From Flaccisagitta enflata (taxonomy: Eukaryota): DNA of 64,000 nt. Each line of letters starts with the position of its first letter. Position 1 is the stretch's first letter. Below, piece after piece: positions 53,375-64,000 of this stretch. The notes beneath the pieces were generated by a model, which ran no database searches, had not been told where the DNA came from, and saw only the letters and a program-made list of their open reading frames with translations. The translations under genes were made by a program, and so were the position numbers. The stretch covers positions 40,486,001 to 40,550,000 of the forward strand of contig OZ231126.1 in NCBI GenBank assembly GCA_965153355.1, given 5' to 3'.

Positions 53375-54392
53375 TTTTGGCTGCCAGGATGCTCACTCTT
53401 CTGGATTCCCTTAGTTCACTGTTGCCCTTTTGTCCTTGCTCTAAGCCGGCGGGACTCTGCTGCTCTGCTGCTTCTCTGCTGCTTCCACTGTTCCTCTGTC
53501 CCTAGGCATCCTCTGCTTGGTCCAATGACGTAACTGTCATGGCAGCCTCCTTGCTCTAAGCCGGAGAAACTCCGCTGCTCTGCTGCTTCTCTGCTGCTTC
53601 CACTGTTCCACTGTCCCCAAGCATCCTCTGCCTGGTCACATCACCTAACTGTCATAGCAGCCTCTTTGCTCTAAGCCAGAGGGACTCTGCTGCTCTGCTG
53701 CTTCTTCTCTGCTGCTTCCACTGTTCCTCTGTCCCTAAGCATCCTCTGCCTGGTCACATGACCTAACTGTCATGGCAGCCTCCTTGCTCTAAGCCAGAAG
53801 GACTCTGCTGCTTGGCTGCCAGGATGTTCTTTTGTTTTGGCTGCCAGGATGCTCACTCTTCTGGATTCCCTTAGTTCACTGTTGCCCTTTTGTCCTTGCT
53901 CTAAGCCGGCAGGACTCTGCTGCTCTGCTGCTTCTTCTCTGCTGCTTCCACTGTTCCTCTGTCCCTAGGCATCCTCTGCCTGGTCAAATGACATAACTGT
54001 CATGGCAGCCTCCTTGCTCTAAGCCGGAGGGACTCTGCTGCTCTGCTGCTTCTTCTCTGCTGCTTCCACTGTTCCACTGTCCCCAAGTATCCTCTGCCTG
54101 GTCACATCACCTTACTGTCATAGCAGCCTCTTTGCTCTAAGCCAGAGGGACTCTGCTGCTCTGCAGCTTCTTCTCTGCTGCTTCCACTGTTACCCTGTCC
54201 CCAAGCATCCTCTGCATGGTCGCATCACCTAATTGTTATAGCAGCCTCTTTGCTCTAAGCCGGAGGGACTCTGCTGCTCTGCTGCTTCTTCTCTGCTGCT
54301 TCCACTATTCCTCTGTCCCCAAGCATCCTCTGCCTGGTCACATGACCTAACTGTCATGGCAGCCTCCTTGCTCCAAGCTGGAGGGACTCTGC
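53375..54392. repeat. 118-bp tandem repeat (mirrored at about 61868-62880)
   Basis: GCTCTAAGCC recurs at 54016, 54134 and 54252; about eight units with a higher-order duplication. Confidence 0.92.
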
Positions 54393-57300
54393 CAACCTTT
54401 AAATTTATTTTATTTGCTGTTTTTTTCCCCTCTCTTGCAGAAAAAAAAACTTGGACTTGGACTTGATTTTCTTCTAAGTACCCCAGGGGTACATGTGTTA
54501 ACTTAGAGGCTAAGTAGCCTTATAGATTAACTTGTGTCTATTTTGAAATTATGTGGAGGCTCTGTCTCAACAAACAACAACAGGAACAATAAAAATGAAA
54601 ATAACAACAAATGTTTGTGCTTCTTCTGAAAAGACCAAGCTGTGCATGTGCTGGTAACCTCTCCAGCTTGGTTACACTTCAAATTTTGTGCCTTTTGTGT
54701 TATCAATGACGTCGACAACAGCCCTTCATCAACACAACGTCGCCGACAACAGTTTCCAACAACACCATCACCGACAACAGCAGTTTCAACAACATTGCAT
54801 AACCAGTCAGAACAGGAGTCCTAAAACTTGGCTGGCTTCAGGAGCTGTTTTAGGCAAAGCTGGAAACTCTTATTGGTGAGCCCAACAACAAGGATAATTC
54901 TCCCAACCGTCAGACCCCCCCGGGCTGAAAGTTGAGTGCCCAACAAGTAAGCCTGGGGCCGATTCTTCGAAGTCTACAGTGGCCTTCCGTTCATCTCCAA
55001 AGGTCCCAAGACTTGGCCTCAACTCGAGGCTGTCAAGGGCAAACACTGGATCCGCCAAACGCCTTGGAGAATTTGTAGGTAATTTACAACTTGTTTATGC
55101 TGACTCCTTTGCATTAACTTATTCCACTTGAGGATAAAGTATGTAAAACAACAGAAGTCTTTACAACAGTATAAAACGATGTTGTTAACGATGTTGATGC
55201 AAAACACAGAGTCTTTTAGACTTTATCAACGGACACAAGGCCTTAGTCTTTATAAAACACAAGTCAAATCACATAGGCTATTTGCCTAAGTCTTTTATAT
55301 TTGAGTGGATAACAAATTGGTCTATTTGACCAGAAGGTAAGAACGTTGAGGGAGTGTTGAATGATGTTACAACCTCGAGGTGGTTGTATTTTGCAAGTAA
55401 AGAAGTGGAGAAACGAAAGGAGTCTCGAAATTCAACCATAGAACTTATTAGCAGCTCAAGTTGTAACAGAAGTGCAGAAACGAAAGGAGGCTCGAAATTC
55501 AACCATAGGACACATTAGCAGCTCAAGTTGTAACAGTTGAGAGAATGTTGAATAGATGTTACAACCTTGAGGCGAGTGAAGAAGAATAAGAGTCACACCT
55601 ACTTCGCCGAGTGCCTCTGGCTTTGTGCCACACGTTTTGAAGCTGGATGCTGATGCAGCTGCAGCATTTTGTCAGTCTGTTGTCGTTGGCGAGGAGTTGC
55701 AGCTGATGTTGAAGGCGTGGGAAGCTGTTGACGTTGCCAGGTGATAGGAGAAGAAGTTACCCGGGTGTGGATGTCGTGGAGGCAGCGGTGATGCAGCAGC
55801 AGCTCGTCGAAGATGGTGCAGCCGCAGTGACGTTGACGAAGCGTTGGGGCGTCGTGTGGCGTCGCTGAGGATGCTGTTAGAAGGTTCCTCGACTCGATGG
55901 GATCGTGAAGGATCGTCTCTGCGGCTGTGAGGCGTTTTATTGATGTGGAATTGAAGATAGACTCGTGCTGGAGGCGTTGAGGCTGTTGGACGTTGGCGAG
56001 AGAGTTGGAGGGGCTCGTGACGCTGAGTTGACTCTGTGGCCACGTACTCAAGGTGTTGTTGAAGCCAGTGACGTCGTGATGGCGCCCGAGGGATGTTACA
56101 TGTGGGAATTAAGGCGGGAAAGACACAGCATTAATAAGAATATAAAATGGGTTTGGTGCTCATACACCTACCCTTTCTACAAGGTGAGCCAGATAGACTG
56201 TGGTAGCTTTACAACCAACTACTCAACACCCCTTGACACTCGAACACAGACTTCAACAAATGAACATCGATTTAAACTATTATCAATTCATTTCTTTCAT
56301 GTCCATGACTTTGGGGGCGTCAACAAGGCCTTCAACATTGGTCAATTGACTTCATCTCCTGGATTCACACTCCAGCACCTCGACAACACCTCTCAAAGGC
56401 GACAGACTCGCTCCGCCATCACCCCAACGCCTCGTGGACAACATCCTTCAACGACGACTTCGACAATACGCTGCGACCAAACGGGTCTTCCGAATCAAAT
56501 GAAATTTGGTACACAACTCCCTCAACGTCCTCTCTACTACCCCCTAAGAGCTCAGCCCTCAGAGACGACGACAACATCGAGCAGCTTGACGTCTTCAAAA
56601 ACTGCATCATCTCTGGCACACTCTTGAAGGAATTGTCAACAGCTCGTCAACGACAACTCCCACGCGGCCAGGACGACCCATAAAGCTTCCTCACACTTCC
56701 TCCTACCCTCGACAACAACGACATCACCTCCGACATGTCTGGTTTGTCTGGTAGACATGCTTTTGGCATCCTGCATCCGCAACTTGTTTGTCCTGATAAC
56801 TTCTGAACCGAGCATCATGGAGTGTTGATATTCATAACATAAGTTCTTCATACCCCGGCTCCTGTCTTTCATTCGCTTGTTCTTGGTTGGTGACAACCAT
56901 CCACAGGCCTACAAGAGCTCCTCATCATCACCAATGACCCCATGACATCGTCCTCCATCCCCACAAGCTGTTGCAGCATCCTCAATGACAGCTTTGTCAC
57001 CAAGCAACATCGAGCTTCAAAAAATCAATCTTAACATCCTACGAGGCCGCTGAAATTTTTATCACAGCTTCCCACGTGTTTGAACTACTTCCAGTTTAAA
57101 TTTTAGCCGTAAAGAGGTTCAACAACAGCAGCCAATGACGTCAACAACCGCCGATTCGACTGCCGCCTGTACATCGACATATACCTTGATCAACTTCAGT
57201 TGCTAAAGAATCAATCTTGATATCTTGGGAGCTCTGCGTAGTAGTGGTATTCTTGAGTAAGAAAAGGTAAATGTATTGTGTCTTTTGTTCGTGTCATATT

Positions 57301-60300
57301 AGCCTATTATTAGCCATACCAACATATGGACCAACAATCTCATTTGCATAATATGGTCAAGTATTATGTTATCATGTCCGTGGCCTCATAACCTTTCCAT
57401 AGATGTCATCCCCATGCTTCCATCCCTTGTAGTTCATGAGTTATGGTGCTTTCTATGTTGCACCTTATTTGCATATTATGGCTCTTCCATTTACAAGTGT
57501 CTTATGTGCAATGTTATTCTGTCACTCAGTCTGATCTCAAATCTGATGTCCTTTTTGCCTTAAGTCTCATGGTTCAAAAGATACTAGACCGATGGATTGA
57601 TTTAGTTTAGCCTATGGGTGGTCTGTCCAATGGTGGGGGACTTCATTGGATTCCCTGCATATTGTGGCGACACTAATGAGCCTCAGATGTCATGCTGGGA
57701 GCTCATTAGACTTATATTAACTGTATTCTAAAATCAAGGGTCATTTAGACTGCTCCCGCTTCGTTTAACTCCCGTATACAGACTAGGGGGCGTGTGGCTC
57801 ATTTGCATATTGCCGTCACCATTTGGTGGCATCATGTTCTACTCGTCATTCCAAGTCTCATGGTGCAACTCTCATGTTGCTACGTTGTATGGTGTATGAG
57901 TTATGGTACATTATATGGTGACACCTCATTAGCATATTGTCGTCAATGTGTTTTGGGGTCATATGTTACTTTTTGTTGGAAGTCCAAAAATAATGTTAGA
58001 ATATCAGATATGTGTACGGATGCTGAGTTATTTGCATATTAAGGTTTTTCTCATTAATTAGCTTATAACCGCCATTCCCATGTGGGGGGGCGTCATCGGA
58101 TATGGCCGCATATTGTGGCGCTGTTAATGAGCTTAGTGATAGCTTTCCACACCTCATTAACTCATACTGTAAAATATAGGGCTCAGGTTAGGTTATAAGC
58201 TAATTAATGAGAAAAACCTTAATATGCAAATAACTCAGCATCCGTACACATATCTGATATTCTAACATTATTTTTGGACTTCCAACAAAAAGTAACATAT
58301 GACCCCAAAACACATTGACGACAATATGCTAATGAGGTGTCACCATATAATGTACCATAACTCATACACCATACAACGTAGCAACATGAGAGTTGCACCA
58401 TGAGACTTGGAATGACGAGTAGAACATGATGCCACCAAATGGTGACGGCAATATGCAAATGAGCCACACGCCCCCTAGTCTGTATACGGGAGTTAAACGA
58501 AGCGGGAGCAGTCTAAATGACCCTTGATTTTAGAATACAGTTAATATAAGTCTAATGAGCTCCCAGCATGACATCTGAGGCTCATTAGTGTCGCCACAAT
58601 ATGCAGGGAATCCAATGAAGTCCCCCACCATTGGACAGACCACCCATAGGCTAAACTAAATCAATCCATCGGTCTAGTATCTTTTGAACCATGAGACTTA
58701 AGGCAAAAAGGACATCAGATTTGAGATCAGACTGAGTGACAGAATAACATTGCACATAAGACACTTGTAAATGGAAGAGCCATAATATGCAAATAAGGTG
58801 CAACATAGAAAGCACCATAACTCATGAACTACAAGGGATGGAAGCATGGGGATGACATCTATGGAAAGGTTATGAGGCCACGGACATGATAACATAATAC
58901 TTGACCATATTATGCAAATGAGATTGTTGGTCCATATGTTGGTATAGCTAATAATAGGCTAATATGACACGAACAAAAGACACAATACATTGACCTTTTC
59001 TTACTCAAGACTACCACTACTACGCAAAGCTCCCAAGATATTAAGATTGATTTTTTAGCAACTGAAGTTGATCAAGGTATATGTCGATGTACAGGCGGCA
59101 GTCGAATCGGCGGTTGTTGACGTCATTGGCTGCTGTCGTTGAACCTCTTTACGGCTAAAACTTAAACTGGAAGTAGTTCACACACGTGGGAAGCTGTGAT
59201 AAAAATTTCAGCGGCCTCGTAGGATGTTAAGATTGATATTTGAAGCTCGATGTTGCTTGGTGACAAAGCTGTCATTGAGGATGCTGCAACAGCTTGTGGG
59301 GATGGAGGACGATGTCATGGGGTCATTGGTGATGATGAGGAGCTCTTGTAGGCCTGTGGATGGTTGTCACCAACCAAGAACAAGCGAATGAAAGACAGGA
59401 GCCGGGGTATGATGAACTTATGTTATGAATATCAACACTCCATGATGCTCGGTTCAGAAGTTATCAGGACAAACAAGTTGCGGATGCAGGATGCCAAAAG
59501 CGTGTCTACCAGACAAACCAGACATGTCGGAGGTGATGTCGTTGTTGTCGAGGGTAGGAGGAAGTGTGAGGAAGCTTTCTGGGTCGTCCTGGCCGCGTGG
59601 GAGTTGTCGTTGACGAGCTGTTGACAATTCCTTCAAGAGTGTGCCAGAGATGATGCAGTTTTTGAAGACGTCAAGCTGCTCGATGTTGTCGTCGTCTCTG
59701 AGGGCTGAGCTCTTAGGGGGTAGTAGAGAGGACGTTGAGGGAGTTGTGTACTAAATTTCATTTGATTCGGAAGACCCGTTTGGTCGCAGCGTATTGTCGA
59801 AGTCGTCGTTGAAGGATGTTGTCCACGAGGCGTTGGGGTGATGGCGGAGCGAGTCTGTCGCCTTTGAGAGGTGTTGTCGAGGTGCTGGAGTGTGAATCCA
59901 GGAGATGAAGTCGATTGACCAATGTTGAAGGCCTTGTTGACGCCCCCAAAGTCATGGACATGAAAGAAATGAATTGATAATAGTTTAAATCGATGTTCAT
60001 TTGTTCAAGTCTGTGTTCGAGTGTCAAGGGGTGTTGAGTAGTTGGTTGTAAAGCTACTACAGTCTATCTGGCTCACCTTGTAGAAAGGGTAGGTGTATGA
60101 GCACCAAACCCATTTTATATTTTTATTAATGCTGTGTCTTTCCCGCCTTAATTCCCACATGTAACATCCCTCGGGCGCCATCACGACGTCACTGGCTTCA
60201 ACAACACCTTGAGTACGTGGCCACAGAGTCAACTCAGCGTCACGAGCCCCTCCAACTCTCTCGCCAACGTCCAACAGCCTCAACGCCTCCAGCACGAGTC

Positions 60301-63300
60301 TATCTTCAATTCCACATCAATAAAACGCCTCACAGCCGCAGAGACGATCCTTCACGATCCCATCGAGTCGAGGAACCTTCTAACAGCATCCTCAGCGACG
60401 CCACACGACGCCCCAACGCTTCGTCAACGTCACTGCGGCTGCACCATCTTCGACGAGCTGCTGCTGCATCACCGCTGCCTCCACGACATCCACACCCGGG
60501 TAACTTCTTCTCCTATCACCTGGCAACGTCAACAGCTTCCCACGCCTTCAACATCAGCTGCAACTCCTCGCCAACGACAACAGACTGACAAAATGCTGCA
60601 GCTGCATCAGCATCCAGCTTCAAAACGTGTGGCACAAAGCCAGAGGCACTCGGCGAAGTAGGTGTGACTCTTATTCTTCTTCACTCGCCTCAAGGTTGTA
60701 ACATCTATTCAACATTCTCTCAACTGTTACAACTTGAGCTGCTAATGTGTCCTATGGTTGAATTTCGAGCCTCCTTTCGTTTCTGCACTTCTGTTACAAC
60801 TTGAGCTGCTAATAAGTTCTATGGTTGAATTTCGAGACTCCTTTCGTTTCTCCACTTCTTTACTTGCAAAATACAACCACCTCGAGGTTGTAACATCATT
60901 CAACACTCCCTCAACGTTCTTACCTTCTGGTCAAATAGACCAATTTGTTATCCACTCAAATATAAAAGACTTAGGCAAATAGCCTATGTGATTTGACTTG
61001 TGTTTTATAAAGACTAAGGCCTTGTGTCCGTTGATAAAGTCTAAAAGACTCTGTGTTTTGCATCAACATCGTTAACAACATCGTTTTATACTGTTGTAAA
61101 GACTTCTGTTGTTTTACATACTTTATCCTCAAGTGGAATAAGTTAATGCAAAGGAGTCAGCATAAACAAGTTGTAAATTACCTACAAATTCTCCAAGGCG
61201 TTTGGCGGATCCAGTGTTTGCCCTTGACAGCCTCGAGTTGAGGCCAAGTCTTGGGACCTTTGGAGATGAACGGAAGGCCACTGTAGACTTCGAAGAATCG
61301 GCCCCAGGCTTACTTGTTGGGCACTCAACTTTCAGCCCGGGGGGGTCTGACGGTTGGGAGAATTATCCTTGTTGTTGGGCTCACCAATAAGAGTTTCCAG
61401 CTTTGCCTAAAACAGCTCCTGAAGCCAGTCAAGTTTTAGGACTCCTGTTCTGACTGGTTATGCAATGTTGTTGAAACTGCTGTTGTCGGTGATGGTGTTG
61501 TTGGAAACTGTTGTCGGCGACGTTGTGTTGATGAAGGGCTGTTGTCGACGTCATTGATAACACAAAAGGCACAAAATTTGAAGTGTAACCAAGCTGGAGA
61601 GGTTACCAGCACATGCACAGCTTGGTCTTTTCAGAAGAAGCACAAACATTTGTTGTTATTTTCATTTTTATTGTTCCTGTTGTTGTTTGTTGAGACAGAG
61701 CCTCCACATAATTTCAAAATAGACACAAGTTAATCTATAAGGCTACTTAGCCTCTAAGTTAACACATGTACCCCTGGGGTACTTAGAAGAAAATCAAGTC
61801 CAGGTCCAAGTTTTTTTTTCTGCAAGAGAGGGGAAAAAAACAGCAAATAAAATAAATTTAAAGGTTGGCAGAGTCCCTCCAGCTTGGAGCAAGGAGGCTG
61901 CCATGACAGTTAGGTCATGTGACCAGGCAGAGGATGCTTGGGGACAGAGGAATAGTGGAAGCAGCAGGGAAGAAGCAGCAGAGCAGCAGAGTCCCTCCGG
62001 CTTAGAGCAAAGAGGCTGCTATGACAGTTAGGTGATGTGACCAGGCAGAGGATGCTTGGGGACAGAGTAACAGTGGAAGCAGCAGAGAAGAAGCTGCAGA
62101 GCAGCAGAGTCCCTCCGGCTTAGAGCAAAGAGGCTGCTATGACAGTAAGGTGATGTGACCAGGCAGAGGATACTTGGGGACAGTGGAACAGTGGAAGCAG
62201 CAGAGAAGAAGCAGCAGAGCAGCAGAGTCCCTTCGGCTTAGAGCAAGGAGGCTGCCATGACAGTTATGTCATTTGACCAGGCAGAGGATGCCTAGGGACA
62301 GAGGAACAGTGGAAGCAGCAGAAGAAGAAGAGAGCAGCAGAGTCCTGCCGGCTTAGAGCAAGACAAAAGGGCAACAGTGAACTAAGGGAATCCAGAAGAG
62401 TGAGCATCCCAGCATGAAGCAAAAGAACATCCTGGCAGCCAACAGCAAGTCCTTCTGGCTTAGAGCAGAGATGCCATGACAGTTAGGTCATGTGACCAGG
62501 CAGAGGATGCTTGGGGTCAGAGGAACAGTGGAAGCAGCAGGGAAGAAGCAGCAGAGCAGCAGAGTCCCTCCGGCTTAGAGCAAAGAGGCTGCTATGACAG
62601 TTAGGTATGGGACCAGGCAGAGGATGCCTAGGGACAGATGAATAGTGGATGCAGCAGAGAAGCAGCAGTAGAGCAGCGGAGTTCCTATGGCTTAGTGCAA
62701 GGAGGCTGCCATGACAGTTACAACATTGGACCATGCAGAGGATGCCTAGGGACAGAGGAACAGTGGAAGCAGCAGAGAAGAAGCAGCAGAGCAGCAGAGT
62801 CCCGCCGGCTTAGAGCAAGGACAAAAGGGCCAACAGTGAACTAAGGGAATCCAGAAGAGTGAGTATCCTGGCAGCCAAAACAAAAGAACAAAAAACTTAG
62901 GCGTTTTGAGATATTTTGTCAGATTGGAAAAATTTTATGTTTTAAATTAGACTCTAAATATAATTAAAAAAACTTTAACTCTTTTTCAACTTTTTTTCCA
63001 ATTTTTATTTTTGTTTGAAACGTCTAAATCCAGAATATTTTTTTTTTTTTTTTTGGTAAGCAAAATTATGTGAAATTTTTAAAGTATTATTATATGGATT
63101 ATAATACTCCCGGACTTTAACTTTTTTTATCAAATTTTTTTAGGCCCTTTTTTCACGATAATTTGTCGATTTCCAATGTTTTTTTTTTTCCATTTTTGGA
63201 CCAAAATTTTAGAGTCCAATTAGATCGATTATACAGTTTCTCGACTTGCCGGCGGGGAATTACAATCAATATAACTTTAAGGTTTTTTCTTTGCAGCCAT

Positions 63301-63654
63301 TTTTTTTAACTGCAGCACTATATGTGTAAATGTATGGATTTTTCTTGATAGTGGAGACACTGATCAATCCTCAAATAAGTGTTTCAGTAAAATTTTGGAC
63401 ATTATTGTATAACTGTGTAATAATAGCACTGGTCCATCGTTCATTGCAAGCACACTGCCAAAGCAATAATGCTCATCTTTAGATCAATGATAGCGACCTC
63501 CCCAAGGACCATTTTGATAAAAAAAAGAAAGAGTCGACCCAACTGTATAATCTATATAATAAGACAAAAATTTGAAAAATATAACTTTGGAACCAAAAAT
63601 TATAATATCAACAAATATAATTTTCATTTTTTTATGAGTGTCCCTAGCAACGGC

Positions 63655-64000
63655 TCACAAAATATGGTCAAGGTGCATTTTTGCTGTTTGCGATTGCTTA
63701 ATCAAGGCAACTATCATATCATACACGCAAAATTCGCCGTCCGTTATGATTGGTTGATATGTATGCGATTTGTAAGAACGTATCTCTGGTGTATCGTAAC
63801 ATGAAAATTCCATAGTGGGGGTCAAACAAGCTGATGCGACCACACCAAAACAGTCTTCATTTAGAATCTCACCATCATTCAACCTTTGTTCAGCATTTTC
63901 AGTCTTAGCAAAGGATACTTCAATGTCAGCTACTGCAATGAATACAGGGCCAATTAGCCCTTTTTTTTCATTTGTCAAAAGCTCTGGTTCTTTTGGCTTC
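63655..64000 (-). pseudogene. Mirror copy of the pPolB fragment, cut by the window end
   Basis: The ORF reproduces TNEKKGLIGPVFIAVADIEVSF from 51595-52659. Confidence 0.8.

Larger units (their letters stand above)
52290..64000. repeat. Giant inverted duplication: arms 52290-58070 and 58191-64000 (runs off the window), 120-bp spacer
   Basis: Mirrored ORFs (55599-56051 minus = 60209-60661 plus; 57794-58042 plus = 58219-58467 minus). The window end is the reverse complement of 52290 onward. Confidence 0.97.

Noticed and set aside
53375-54392. 118-bp repeat as a coding repeat (GTEEQWKQQRRSSRAAE)
   Set aside because: Unit length is not a multiple of three and the frames close within about one unit.
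54478-54492. GTACCCC-A-GGGGTAC hairpin as a Helitron 3' end
   Set aside because: No CTRR terminus at the expected distance on either strand.

Overview
Repeat-rich eukaryotic DNA, probably from an animal (inferred from GT-AG introns, dense microsatellites and transposon content). No host protein-coding or RNA gene could be recognised with confidence. The main element is a young 16.4-kb Ty3/Gypsy-type LTR retrotransposon on the minus strand (28448-44890). Its 459-bp LTRs are nearly identical and it sits inside a (TG)n microsatellite. Its gene set is unusually complex: a three-exon coiled-coil ORF1 whose stop overlaps the gag start (ATGA); gag joined to pol in frame through a UGA-CUAG read-through context; PR-dUTPase-like-RT-RH-INT broken only by an 11-bp duplication; an SGNH hydrolase in the env position; and two antisense genes for single-pass membrane proteins, one of which has six predicted exons. 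The window also holds a 5'-truncated LINE, a Penelope-type RT fragment, a gag-only ORF, several Helentron/DINE-1-like short elements and composite minisatellites. A decayed, apparently spliced Polinton-type protein-primed DNA polymerase runs into an inverted duplication of at least 11.7 kb (52290-64000) centred near 58130. All splice models were built by eye and need RNA-seq. Family assignments rest on recognised motifs, not on database searches.
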